A stretch of 42,788 bases of DNA from Candidatus Woesearchaeota archaeon (GCA_964395405.1 CAYNAV010000001.1:1-42788); one strand, 5' to 3'; shown: positions 1 to 8,966, counted from the stretch's first letter. Notes: generated by a model from the sequence alone, not told the origin. Translations and numbers: made by a program.

Positions 1-582
1 AAAAAATCAAAATCAAAGATTTCTAAGGCAGGCTCAAAATTAGTTAAGAAAGATATGAATATTTATTCACACTGCCATTCCTCAACCGTAATAGATATTT
101 TAAAATCTGCAAAAAAGCTGGGAAAAGATTTTGTAGTCTATACCACCGAAGTCGAGCCATTATTGCAAGGAAGAAAAACAGCACTAGAGCTTAACAAATC
201 AAAGATAAAAGTAATTGTGGCTCCAGATTTAGCTGCAGAACAGACACTTAAAAAATGTGACTTGCTTTTATTCGGAGCAGACGCATTTCTAAAGAAAGGA
301 GTTGTAAATAAAATTGGCACATCTATTCTATGCAAAATTGCAAAAGAAAATCATATCCCCGCATACGTCTGTGGCGTAAGCTTAAAATTCACAAAAAAAA
401 TCAAGATGGAAATCAGAAAACAAAATGAAGTCTGGCAGAACAATCACAAGACCATAGAAGTTTTTAACCCAGCCTTCGACTTCGTTAAGAAAAAGCTGAT
501 AACCGGCGTAATCTCCGAATTTGGAATTTTATCCTATAAAGAATTTATAAAACTTGCAAAAAACAATTTAAAGAAGTTTTAA
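1..582 (+). CDS. eIF-2B alpha/beta/delta family protein (aIF-2B-like or ribose-1,5-bisphosphate isomerase-like), 5' end cut by window edge
   Basis: The frame of the 55..582 ORF stays open back to nt 1 (KKSKSKISKAGSKLVKKD then MNIY...), so the gene is partial. Blocks YSHCHSSTV, LLQGRKTA, LLLFGADAF..G.VVNKIGT and IPAYVC fit the IF-2B fold family. Confidence 0.7.
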   Translation, partial: KKSKSKISKAGSKLVKKDMNIYSHCHSSTVIDILKSAKKLGKDFVVYTTEVEPLLQGRKTALELNKSKIKVIVAPDLAAEQTLKKCDLLLFGADAFLKKGVVNKIGTSILCKIAKENHIPAYVCGVSLKFTKKIKMEIRKQNEVWQNNHKTIEVFNPAFDFVKKKLITGVISEFGILSYKEFIKLAKNNLKKF

Positions 583-614
583 TGAATTACAGATACCAAA
601 CAATTTCATCAAAT

Positions 615-977
615 TCAATCCTTAGGAATAATACTTCCATCTTCAACCCACTTTTCAAACTCTTCTAAACTCTTAAACAAAACCTTAAACGAATCACCCT
701 CGCCATATTTTTCACATTCATCAGCGGAATGCGCTCTGCAAATATGGGGTCTTTGCTCATAATAACCACACTTTCCATCCTGCAGTTTCATACATTTAGT
801 ATTAAATTGTATGTTCCAAGAATTATCATTGTCAATGAAAACCCAAACATCTCTATGCAAAAGATACCATTTAATCTCATCATAATCTTCCTTATTTTCT
901 GGTTTGTCAATTTCAATGCAGATATATTCGCAACATTTTGTACATCCTTCACAAGGATTTTTGTTTTTCATCTTCAT
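615..977 (-). CDS. YkgJ/UPF0153-type CxxCxxCC putative Fe-S or zinc-binding protein
   Basis: 120 aa. N-terminal CEGCTKCC motif plus later KCGYYEQRPHICR Cys/His block. Confidence 0.65.
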   Translation of the reverse strand: MKMKNKNPCEGCTKCCEYICIEIDKPENKEDYDEIKWYLLHRDVWVFIDNDNSWNIQFNTKCMKLQDGKCGYYEQRPHICRAHSADECEKYGEGDSFKVLFKSLEEFEKWVEDGSIIPKD

Positions 978-1097
978 CTGTTATTAAGTTTATTTTTAAA
1001 TGTTGCCAAAAGATTAACAAAAAAGTAAGAACCTAGTAATAAACAACAAATCAATAACTAAAAGTTAAAGTCCCGAGCAGATATTAAATAAAAACTA

Positions 1098-1505
1098 CTA
1101 AGCCATATCAAACACTTTTCTAAAAATCAAACTAGAAACAATAGCACTTCCAAAATACCACCAAAACCAGTAATTTAACAGCGGTACCTCTCCACCATAA
1201 ATCCCTCGAATCCACGTAAAAATAAGTAAGAACGGGACCATTGTAACCAGCAAGGGCTTAAAACTTGACTTCATCATTACGCCAGTAATCTTCATCATTT
1301 CCATCTGAATCTCTTCCATCATTTTTGGATTATCTTTATGCTTCTTCATTTCAACTTGCAATTCTTTCTGTCTTGCCTTCAAGCTCTTAAGATGCTCCTG
1401 ATTAGTAAGCCATTTTGTAATAAGAGTAGAAAAAATAGTCATAACTATAGAAATTAAGATAATTGACGTCTTAGGATTTGCTTGTATAAATTCAGTTAGT
1501 ACCAT
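1098..1505 (-). CDS. DUF106 / EMC3-like membrane protein (archaeal YidC/Oxa1-like insertase, MJ0480 type)
   Basis: TM helix, then a Lys/Glu/Met-rich coiled segment (KELQVEMKKHKDNPKMMEEIQMEMMK), then two more hydrophobic helices. It sits downstream of secY, as the DUF106 gene does in many archaea. The track start at 1511 is GTG; the first ATG is at 1505. Confidence 0.7.
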   Translation of the reverse strand: MVLTEFIQANPKTSIILISIVMTIFSTLITKWLTNQEHLKSLKARQKELQVEMKKHKDNPKMMEEIQMEMMKITGVMMKSSFKPLLVTMVPFLLIFTWIRGIYGGEVPLLNYWFWWYFGSAIVSSLIFRKVFDMA

Positions 1506-1624
1506 TTTCACCTTTTTATTACAATCATTAAGGGTTTAAAAAGTGTTCTTATTCTCGCTTTTCTAAAGGATTATCTCTCGGAGGATTAACGCCTCCACGA
1601 GAGAATTAACCCTCCCATAACCGA

Positions 1625-1649
1625 AAGATATATAAATAAGATATATCTT
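1625..1649. promoter_or_regulatory. 9-bp inverted repeat (AAGATATAT-N7-ATATATCTT) about 40 nt upstream of the antitoxin ATG; candidate operator/TATA region
   Basis: Read directly from the sequence. It is followed by a second AAATAAGAT copy. It lies in the divergent intergenic region between the DUF106 gene and the AbrB-PIN pair. Confidence 0.35.
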
Positions 1650-1686
1650 GTAAATAAGATTAAACTTATTCGGGAGAAAACAAAAT

Positions 1687-1956
1687 ATGGCTGAAAAAAT
1701 TGAGATGGCAACTGTAAGCTCTAGAGGACAGATTTGTATCCCTAACAACATGAGGGAGGAAATGGGATTAAAAGAAGGAAGCAAAGTTCTTTTCTTACTA
1801 ACTGATGACTCTATTATCCTGAAGAAAGTGAATATGCAAACATGGAATGAAGTGACCAAACCATTAAAAGAAGCAATGGCAAAAACCAACTTAAAGGAAT
1901 CAGAAGTTCCAGACATAGTCCAGAGATTTAGAAAAAAACAAAAAGCTAAAAAATGA
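1687..1956 (+). CDS. AbrB/SpoVT-family antitoxin
   Basis: 89 aa. ATVSSRGQICIPNNMREEMGLKEGSKVLF is a swapped-hairpin AbrB/SpoVT motif. ATGA overlap with the downstream PIN gene. Confidence 0.8.
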   Translation: MAEKIEMATVSSRGQICIPNNMREEMGLKEGSKVLFLLTDDSIILKKVNMQTWNEVTKPLKEAMAKTNLKESEVPDIVQRFRKKQKAKK

Positions 1957-2366
1957 GGATTACCGTAGACACTAATGTGCTGATTTCTTCCAGCTTTTGG
2001 CATGGAGATTCTGATAGAATCTTAAATAAAGCAGAGAATAAAGAAATAGATCTTGTTCTATCCAAAGAGATAATTGAAGAATTTATTGAAGTTTTAAATT
2101 ATGAAGAAATTCTTGATAAAATAAGGGAAAAGAATCTTGAAATGAAAAGGACAATAGAAAAAATTATTTCTCTTTCTACATTAGTCGAGCCAAAAGAAAA
2201 ATTTGATATTATAAAAGAAGATTTGGACGATAATATTATCCTAGAATGTGCTTTTGAGGGGAAAGTGGATTATATTATAAGCCAAGATAATCATCTTCTT
2301 AGATTAGGTGAATTTAAAGGAATTAAAATAGTAACGCCTAAAGAGTTTCTAGCTAAGGATCAGTAA
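1953..2366 (+). CDS. PIN-domain toxin (VapC-like, PIN_3/TIGR00305-like)
   Basis: 137 aa. ITVDTNVLIS N-terminal acidic motif, later EDLDDNIILECA and IISQDNHLL. 4-nt overlap with the antitoxin. Confidence 0.8.
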   Translation: MRITVDTNVLISSSFWHGDSDRILNKAENKEIDLVLSKEIIEEFIEVLNYEEILDKIREKNLEMKRTIEKIISLSTLVEPKEKFDIIKEDLDDNIILECAFEGKVDYIISQDNHLLRLGEFKGIKIVTPKEFLAKDQ

Positions 2367-2390
2367 GATTTTTCTTAAACTTATCAAGAT

Positions 2391-3770
2391 TTACCCACCA
2401 AAAAATCCCTTTAAAGCAGGATTCATATCAACAGCATGCTGTTGAGCAATATTTTGATACAACTGATATAATATCATGACAGCAAGAAGAATTGCAGTTC
2501 CTCCAACTAAAGCACCCATTAAATCCGCAACACTCGCTAACAACCCAATAGCAGCACCACCCATTACAGTTAAAGGAGTAACGTATCTTTTCAAAATACT
2601 TTCTAAGACTCTTTCATCATTTCTAAATCCCGGAATTCTCAATCCAGAAGACAAAATATTTTTTGCCTGACTTTGAGCATCCATCCCCGAAGTATTTACC
2701 CAAAACACAGAGAATAATATTGAAAATAATACATAAAACAAAACATGCCCCAATGCCTGCAAACCATAAATTGCCCTAAAGCTTCCAGTAATAATTGTCT
2801 CTAATAAAGGAACCTGATGAACCCAAAACAAGAAACCACATCCGGCAGCAGTACATACAGGAACACCATTTTCAATATTTCCTAAAAATGTAGGATGCCC
2901 TAAAGTATTCTGCAATAAACCTCCGGCTAATAACAAATTGGCAGAGACAGCCGAAACTAAAATAACCGGCATAACAGAAGCATAGAAGAACTGCAAAGGC
3001 CATTTGATTCCATAACCCCTCATTCTGTCAAAACTTAATGGTATTTCGACTTTTAATGATTGAGCCCATATAACAACTAAAAATAATATGATAGTAACAA
3101 TAATGGGGAACAACGCCCTTGCTGCTCCTGTTCCATCACCAGCAATAACGGCCGCAATTAATGCCAAAACCTTTCCTGACGATTCAAAGGTTCCCTGTAT
3201 ACCGATAAACTGGAATAACTGCGCAAATAATCTCCAACCGATTCCTGCTGCAATGAATATTGAAACACCAGAACCAAAGCCCCACTTCTGCAATACTTCA
3301 TCCATGAATATAATCAAGAATCCACCTAAACATAATTGAACAATAACTAAAGTTACAAATCCGGGTTGAGCTTCAATTCCCCTCATTAAAACATAAACCA
3401 TCGCTTCGAAAAGCACAAATGCAAATGCAAGAATCTTTTGTAACCCTTGGAAATATTTTTTACCTTCATCAGTATGGGTATCAATATTCAAAATCTGCGC
3501 GCCAACTAGCAGTTGAAGGATAATAGAAGCCATTACAATTGGACCGATACCCAGCGAGATAATTGAACCAAAAGATGTTCCAAGTAGGATAGCCAGATAT
3601 TCAAATCTTTGCATTGCATTTGCAGTTGTCCCAAACAAAGAAATATTAGATAAAACAAAGAAAGCCACAAGTATAATTAAAGTCCACTTAAGTTTCACGT
3701 TGAAACTAACTTTCTTTTCAACCGGCCTAGTTACTTCAGGCAGGTTAGACATAATATCTTTTAAAGCCAT
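2391..3770 (-). CDS. secY: preprotein translocase subunit SecY
   Basis: 459 aa, about 10 TM helices. Conserved position after uL15. SecY-like blocks (GIGPIVMASIILQLL, GSGVSIFI, RIPGFR). Confidence 0.95.
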   Translation of the reverse strand: MALKDIMSNLPEVTRPVEKKVSFNVKLKWTLIILVAFFVLSNISLFGTTANAMQRFEYLAILLGTSFGSIISLGIGPIVMASIILQLLVGAQILNIDTHTDEGKKYFQGLQKILAFAFVLFEAMVYVLMRGIEAQPGFVTLVIVQLCLGGFLIIFMDEVLQKWGFGSGVSIFIAAGIGWRLFAQLFQFIGIQGTFESSGKVLALIAAVIAGDGTGAARALFPIIVTIILFLVVIWAQSLKVEIPLSFDRMRGYGIKWPLQFFYASVMPVILVSAVSANLLLAGGLLQNTLGHPTFLGNIENGVPVCTAAGCGFLFWVHQVPLLETIITGSFRAIYGLQALGHVLFYVLFSILFSVFWVNTSGMDAQSQAKNILSSGLRIPGFRNDERVLESILKRYVTPLTVMGGAAIGLLASVADLMGALVGGTAILLAVMILYQLYQNIAQQHAVDMNPALKGFFGG

Positions 3771-3817
3771 GATTTATTGAGATGATTTGGTTTTATAAAG
3801 CTTATTGATAAGTCAAA

Positions 3818-4207
3818 TCATTTCTCTTGATTGTCCGGGTGTTGTTTTAAAACCCACGCGTCCCATGAACCAAAACGAGGGCAATACTCAAACTCAAGAA
3901 TTCGTAATGCAACTGCTTCTGGATGAATAGAATCTAGAATAGGCCAAGGACCTTTCGGAGGAAAATATTTTTCAAAAAGTTTTCTTAGCAAAAATTTATC
4001 CCCTAGTCCTGGCTTAAAACTTACACTGTCTTCTGGCAGACCATTAGCAGTAATAAATGCCCAACCCTCTAAATCCTGAACCATCTCTACCATTTTATCA
4101 AAAATTTGAGGTATATACTCTCTTGAAAGTTCTTCCAGAATCTTTATTCCCTCAGGACCGTAGTCTCTGCTCAGGGGACCATAGTTAAATCTAATTTCTT
4201 CATCCAT
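3818..4207 (-). CDS. hypothetical acidic Trp-rich protein inserted between rpl15 and secY
   Basis: The track ORF 3818..4327 overlaps the uL15 3' end, so I use the internal ATG at 4207 (MDEEIRFNYGPL...), giving 129 aa. No TM segment and no motif I recognise. Confidence 0.6.
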   Translation of the reverse strand: MDEEIRFNYGPLSRDYGPEGIKILEELSREYIPQIFDKMVEMVQDLEGWAFITANGLPEDSVSFKPGLGDKFLLRKLFEKYFPPKGPWPILDSIHPEAVALRILEFEYCPRFGSWDAWVLKQHPDNQEK

Positions 4208-4256
4208 AATAAAAATCCACTCAATTTCCCCACAACTAAGCAGGTCTCTTTTAGAC

Positions 4257-4739
4257 TCACTGCTTTTTCTTTGCAACTTCTTTTTTGCCTTTTTCCTCAG
4301 AAGCAACTTTCTTAACTTTACTTGCAAGTATAATTATATCTCCACCAGCCTTCTTCATCTTATCAATCGCTTGTTTAGAAGCAGATTCAGCCTCGATAAC
4401 AGCCTTAAATCCGTCACCTTCACCTAAAATCTTATATTTCTTCAAATCAACAGTTTTACCCAAATCATAATTTCTTTTAATGGCTATTAAATTGATAGTC
4501 ATTGTTCTTTTCTTTTCAGTGCTTCTTGATGTAAATCCTTTTTTACCAAAATAAGCTTTAGCACCAGCCTCCTTAGCCATTGTCAATAATTTTTGCTTTT
4601 TATGATCTGCTCTCTTTCCACTTCCAGCAAATCCCTTTCCGCCTTTATTTCCAGAACCTTTATGCTTCTGTCTAAACCCATATCCGCATGTTCTTCCGCC
4701 TCTTATCCTTGAAGCTTTTGTACGCTTTTTGAGTTTCAT
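4257..4739 (-). CDS. rpl15: ribosomal protein uL15
   Basis: RIRGGRTCGYGFRQKHKGSGNKGGKG N-terminus. Operon position. ATGA overlap with the uL30 stop. Confidence 0.93.
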   Translation of the reverse strand: MKLKKRTKASRIRGGRTCGYGFRQKHKGSGNKGGKGFAGSGKRADHKKQKLLTMAKEAGAKAYFGKKGFTSRSTEKKRTMTINLIAIKRNYDLGKTVDLKKYKILGEGDGFKAVIEAESASKQAIDKMKKAGGDIIILASKVKKVASEEKGKKEVAKKKQ

Positions 4740-5107
4740 AACATCCTCACTAATAATTTAGATATATCTTCATGTTTGCCTAAAATTCCATTCGGAGCCG
4801 CTGTTTTTGTTGATTTTTTAAATCCGCCTCTTGGAGGATGTAACCTAAAGAAAGGTTTCAACTTTCCTTTATCTTTTCCAGTCATAATCTTCTCTCCCCT
4901 TTTCTCTTCAAGTTCTTTTATCATTTTATCATCAACCTTTCCATAAGCAACATATTCTCTTACTTTTCTTAGCATTCCCATTTGAATTTCATCTTTTTCA
5001 TCAAGTAAAACACAAACAAGTTTTTTCCTCATTCTTAACCTTTCAAGTGTCTCTTTAATATCCATCCTTAATTTAGGTTGACCGTGTATTCTTATTACTG
5101 CTATCAT
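4736..5107 (-). CDS. rpl30: ribosomal protein uL30
   Basis: MIAVIRIHGQPKLRMDIKETLERLRM is a typical archaeal L30P start. Operon position. Confidence 0.92.
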   Translation of the reverse strand: MIAVIRIHGQPKLRMDIKETLERLRMRKKLVCVLLDEKDEIQMGMLRKVREYVAYGKVDDKMIKELEEKRGEKIMTGKDKGKLKPFFRLHPPRGGFKKSTKTAAPNGILGKHEDISKLLVRML

Positions 5108-5109
5108 GT

Positions 5110-5919
5110 TTATATTTCCGCTTTATTCAATTTAATTAGAGCTTCAAAACAAGCCTTTGCATTGTTGATTGTTGTTCTTGTTTTACCAAATGTCTTACTG
5201 TAAACATCTTTTATTCCAGCTAATCTTAACATCTTTTTCAATTCAACTCCTGCAACTAATCCTGTTCCTTGAGGTGCAGGCATTAACTTAACAGTTACAG
5301 AAGAACACTTCCCTGTTGTGATTATAGGGATGCTGTGTAACTCATCACAAGAGCAATCAAAACTAGCGCACCCTCTTATTATCTTTTGAATATTAATTTT
5401 TGCTTTTCTTATTGCTTTCTCCCTAGCTGGCAAAGTTTCTTTAGCTCTTCCGCTTCCCAATCCAATATAACCTTTCCCATTCCCAACAACAGCCATTACA
5501 CTGAAAGTTGCAATGTTACCTTCCTTTGTCTTCTTTTGAGTCTGTCTCCAAGCTCTCCTCTTTCCTCCTCCAAACTTTCCTTTAGCCTGTCCAATAAAAA
5601 GCATATCATTCTTTAAATCAGGTAAAAGCAAATCTACAATTTCAGGTTCAAGTATCTTCCTTCCAGTTGCAAAGATCTCATCAATATTCTTTATCTTCCC
5701 ATTCTTAACTTCTCTTCCTAATTCTGTTTTTGGAACCCATGAACTTAATTTTTCTTTTTCTTCTCTAGCAAATCTTTCTTCTCTAGTCTCCCTTCTTCTT
5801 TCCTCATAAGTCATTTCTTTAATTGCCTCTTCAGTAGCCTCTGTCTCCTTCTTCTTTTCTTTTCTTTCTATAATTTTAGACATTTCTTCTAAATTTTTTT
5901 CATGAATATTTACTGCCAT
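5110..5919 (-). CDS. rps5: ribosomal protein uS5 with about 58-aa Glu/Lys/Arg-rich N-terminal extension
   Basis: WVPKTELGREV and VVGNGKGYIGLGSGRAKE core blocks. Operon position. Confidence 0.93.
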   Translation of the reverse strand: MAVNIHEKNLEEMSKIIERKEKKKETEATEEAIKEMTYEERRRETREERFAREEKEKLSSWVPKTELGREVKNGKIKNIDEIFATGRKILEPEIVDLLLPDLKNDMLFIGQAKGKFGGGKRRAWRQTQKKTKEGNIATFSVMAVVGNGKGYIGLGSGRAKETLPAREKAIRKAKINIQKIIRGCASFDCSCDELHSIPIITTGKCSSVTVKLMPAPQGTGLVAGVELKKMLRLAGIKDVYSKTFGKTRTTINNAKACFEALIKLNKAEI

Positions 5920-6461
5920 TATTTCTTTTCCTTCACTTTTTTAGTTTTCTTTTCTGAAGTTGCCTTCTTTTCTAAAACCGCACCAGAAAGATTTGTTTTT
6001 ACTTTCTGAATTACTGTCTTTACTTCGTCTTTTAAATGTTCCCCATTCAACCTATCTTCACTTGGAAATACTTCTTCATTTGCATTTATCTTTACACCAC
6101 CATCAATTAATCCTTTAACAGCAGCAAAAATCCTGTTTCCCGCAATTGTTCTTACCATACCCAAATCAACAATATAATGATTTTTCCCTGCCATTTTTGC
6201 AAAGAGCAACCCAGTAAGGTAAGCAGCAGGTAGGCTCTTCAAAGAGCCTTCAAACTTCTTATCCCAACCATGGTTTAAAAGTTCTTTTGAAGTAACACCC
6301 ATTACGACACTATCTTTGGACTCTATACTTTTAATAGACTGTATTATAATATACTTATTAGTCTTTCTTATAACTATTCTTTCTTTTCCAGACTTCAAAA
6401 GCTTCAATCTAAGTTTATAGTCTGTTTTACTTTCTTTTCTTCTTCTTCTTTGTGTTCTCAT
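5919..6461 (-). CDS. rpl18: ribosomal protein uL18
   Basis: RRRRKESKTDYKLRLKLLKSGKERIVIRKTNKYIIIQ. Operon position. Confidence 0.93.
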   Translation of the reverse strand: MRTQRRRRKESKTDYKLRLKLLKSGKERIVIRKTNKYIIIQSIKSIESKDSVVMGVTSKELLNHGWDKKFEGSLKSLPAAYLTGLLFAKMAGKNHYIVDLGMVRTIAGNRIFAAVKGLIDGGVKINANEEVFPSEDRLNGEHLKDEVKTVIQKVKTNLSGAVLEKKATSEKKTKKVKEKK

Positions 6462-6859
6462 ATTTCCTCCAAGCTCTCATTTAAATGTCTTTTACTCTTA
6501 AACCTTCTTGCCCTTATCATTTTTCTTATTTCTCCATGTTTTTCCTTTTCAATCTTTCCTGTTTTTAATAAATGTCTAGCAAAAGTTCTTAACTTTCTTG
6601 TTATTGTTGCATACTCTTTTTTATTCGTATTGACTCTTTTCTTTACTTTTCCAACGCCTCTCCTGTGCTTTCTCTTCACTTTTGTTTTCCTGCCCTTAAC
6701 TTCTTTAACTTGTATTGCTCCAGACTTATTCAAATCAAGAATATCCTGTCTTGTGATTGCTTCTTTAATCTCATTTAAACTTCCATCTGCAAAGAAGATC
6801 CTATTCTTCCCAACACCTAGAACTTTAGCTGCAAGAGCTTTCTTTTTACCTAGTTGCAT
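6458..6859 (-). CDS. rpl19e: ribosomal protein eL19
   Basis: KKALAAKVLGVGKNRIFF start and basic C-terminal half. Operon position. Confidence 0.92.
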   Translation of the reverse strand: MQLGKKKALAAKVLGVGKNRIFFADGSLNEIKEAITRQDILDLNKSGAIQVKEVKGRKTKVKRKHRRGVGKVKKRVNTNKKEYATITRKLRTFARHLLKTGKIEKEKHGEIRKMIRARRFKSKRHLNESLEEI

Positions 6860-7226
6860 CTTTACTCCTGTATCTATTTAATACTTTTATCCCTTTTTCC
6901 TTAGCAATTTTTAAAATTTCTTCCCTTAACTTCTTCCCTATTCTTCCAATGATAACCGCGTTCATCTTTGTACTTTTAATCTGCATTAAATTTTCAACTC
7001 TTTCAAACTCCATCCCACTGACTCTATTCTTTGTTTCATTTTTATTTCCCCAACCAACCTTAACTTTTCCCGGATGTCCAGATCTGCTCAATCTTATTTT
7101 ATTATGCCTTCCTTTTGCAGCTCTCCATTTAAGATTTTTCCTTCTTGAAAACCTTATTTTTTTATGCCAGTCTGTTCTTCTGAAATCAGGTTTTTTTCGG
7201 TCAACTTGTTTTTTAACTTCTGCCAT
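6846..7226 (-). CDS. rpl32e: ribosomal protein eL32
   Basis: PDFRRTDWHKKIRFSRRKNLKWRAAKGRHNKIR. I prefer the ATG at 7226 (GGGAG upstream, TAATG junction with the uL6 stop) over the track start at 7244. Confidence 0.9.
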   Translation of the reverse strand: MAEVKKQVDRKKPDFRRTDWHKKIRFSRRKNLKWRAAKGRHNKIRLSRSGHPGKVKVGWGNKNETKNRVSGMEFERVENLMQIKSTKMNAVIIGRIGKKLREEILKIAKEKGIKVLNRYRSKDATR

Positions 7227-7768
7227 TATATTTTTCTCCCGCATTTTTCAGTCATAAATATACCATCCTGAAAAATTCTTCTATCTCTTCCTCTTAATTT
7301 TGTTGCTTTTTCAATGTTTGCAGCAGTCTGTCCAGCTGCTTCTCTTTCATGCGAGGAAACAGTAATCTGGTTTCCTTTTACTTCAACCTTAACATTTTTC
7401 AAAATGTTAGCATGTCTATCTACAGTTTCTCCTAAAAAAGACTTAATAACCAACTTAGCCCCTTCAACCTTTACATTCATTGGGAAGTGAACATTACAGA
7501 CTTCAAGATGGTAAACAAAATCTTCTCCCAACCCTTTAATCATATTTTTGATATGGGCCTCAGCAGTTCCGATAACCCTTAATTCTCTTTTTGTTGCTTT
7601 TTTTGCAGAAAGAATTATTTGATTGCCTTTTTTCTCAATTGAAACATTTGGAAGTTCAAATAATCTTGTTACTTCTTTTCCATCTTTCTTTAAGACTACC
7701 TTAGCCCCGTCTATATTAGCCTGTACTGTATCAGGAATTTCAATAATTCTTTCAATGTCTTTTTTCAT
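7226..7768 (-). CDS. rpl6: ribosomal protein uL6
   Basis: 180 aa two-domain L6 pattern (IPDTVQANIDGAKVVLKK..., VKVEVKGNQITVSS). Operon position. Confidence 0.92.
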   Translation of the reverse strand: MKKDIERIIEIPDTVQANIDGAKVVLKKDGKEVTRLFELPNVSIEKKGNQIILSAKKATKRELRVIGTAEAHIKNMIKGLGEDFVYHLEVCNVHFPMNVKVEGAKLVIKSFLGETVDRHANILKNVKVEVKGNQITVSSHEREAAGQTAANIEKATKLRGRDRRIFQDGIFMTEKCGRKI

Positions 7769-7780
7769 GTTGTTTTCAGG

Positions 7781-8158
7781 TTAGTAAAAATACGCAATAA
7801 CCGCTCCTCCGAGATTTTGTTCAACTGCACTTTCATGAGCCATTAATCCTTTATTTGTGGATATAATTAATGAGCCAAAATTTCTTGAAGGAAGGAACCT
7901 TCTCATATACTTTTCAATTTCATCAACAGTTGCATAGTATCTTGGCTTTACAGCTTTACACATATTCATTTTAATCATTTTTACAATAACACTTTTCTTA
8001 TCCTCTCCAATTTTAAAATCAATATGCTTCTTTTCTTTCATCATTTTAAGGATATTAATTAAAACTTTTGAAATCATTTTTATCTCTGTCTCTGTCTTTC
8101 CAATTCTTTTGGAATTCATTATTTGGTTGAGCGCATCAGCAACAATATCTTGTGACAT
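7781..8158 (-). CDS. rps8: ribosomal protein uS8
   Basis: DIVADALNQIMNSKRIGK start and GGAVIAYFY end. Operon position. Confidence 0.93.
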   Translation of the reverse strand: MSQDIVADALNQIMNSKRIGKTETEIKMISKVLINILKMMKEKKHIDFKIGEDKKSVIVKMIKMNMCKAVKPRYYATVDEIEKYMRRFLPSRNFGSLIISTNKGLMAHESAVEQNLGGAVIAYFY

Positions 8159-8217
8159 TTTTATCTATAAAAATGGCATCTCGAAAATCTTTGATTTACT
8201 TGTGACATTTTTTCCTC

Positions 8218-8448
8218 CTATGAGTATTTTTTAAATCCTAATTCCACTGCAAGTTCTCTGAAACAGTGTCTGCATAAGTGAAGATTATACTGGTTCAAAT
8301 GAGCCCCGAATCTTCCACATCTCTCGCATTTCCTCGAAGCAACACCAAACTTTCTTACTTTTGGCTTATTATGCTTAAGGAACTTCTTTAGCATAGCTGG
8401 CTTTCTTTTAAGCTGTGCTGCGATCTTATTCCAATCACTTGCAGTCAT
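8218..8448 (-). CDS. rps14: ribosomal protein uS14 (zinc type)
   Basis: CERCGR...[10 protein letters not shown] zinc ribbon and ...GFKKYS end. Operon position. Confidence 0.92.
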   Translation of the reverse strand: MTASDWNKIAAQLKRKPAMLKKFLKHNKPKVRKFGVASRKCERCGRFGAHLNQYNLHLCRHCFRELAVELGFKKYS

Positions 8449-8966
8449 TTTCTCTTCCTTAGGATATTAACCTTAAATTTAGTTATAATATAATCTTCAA
8501 TTTCTTTAGCAGGGATTCTTATTTTCCTTACATCTCCCCTCTTTGTTTTTTTCATCTCGACCCTTCTACCTGCCCTAGAGAAAACGATAGTTACTTCAAG
8601 ACCCATAATGCCTACTTCTCTTATATATTCCATTTTTGGAATCTCAATATACTCATGAATGCCAAATGAAAAGAAATTGTCTTGTATCTGTCTTTCCTTT
8701 ATATTCATATCAACAGCGGGCAATAATCTCTCAAGCATTTCCTCCGCTTCTTTTCCTCTTAATGTTACTTTTGTTCCAACTTCTAAACCTGGCCTTACCT
8801 GCCATGTGGGAATTCTTTTAGTTGCCTTTACCTTTACTGGTTTTTTCTTAGATAAAACTTCTAGAAGTTTGAATCCTTTCTCAAGTTTTTCTCCAGTTCC
8901 ACCTATATTCAAAATAAGTTTTTCAATCTTAATCTTTCTCATGGGGTTTTCCATTTTCTGTTTCAT
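8445..8966 (-). CDS. rpl5: ribosomal protein uL5
   Basis: [19 protein letters not shown] start. Operon position. Confidence 0.93.
   Translation of the reverse strand: MKQKMENPMRKIKIEKLILNIGGTGEKLEKGFKLLEVLSKKKPVKVKATKRIPTWQVRPGLEVGTKVTLRGKEAEEMLERLLPAVDMNIKERQIQDNFFSFGIHEYIEIPKMEYIREVGIMGLEVTIVFSRAGRRVEMKKTKRGDVRKIRIPAKEIEDYIITKFKVNILRKRK

Noticed and set aside
1563-2003. 146-aa minus-strand ORF spanning the DUF106/TA spacer and the antitoxin gene.
   Set aside because: It overlaps the well-supported AbrB antitoxin on the opposite strand and runs through palindromic non-coding DNA. Its translation is hydrophobic low-complexity.
4208-4327. N-terminal 40 codons of track ORF 3818-4327.
   Set aside because: It overlaps the uL15 3' coding region in another frame, and its Lys/Leu/Arg-rich translation is a frame artefact. 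The internal ATG at 4207 gives a non-overlapping gene.
6450-7257. Long plus-strand ORFs antisense to ribosomal protein genes (6450-6881 and 6949-7257 here). Similar ones lie at 8659-9021, 10275-10487, 14209-14514, 16435-16771, 17142-17767 and 20490-21098.
   Set aside because: Their products are Phe/Leu/Ser/Ile-rich low-complexity strings. This is the mirror image of AAG/GAA/AAA-rich sense codons in genes with unambiguous r-protein/RNAP identity, and none has an independent start context.
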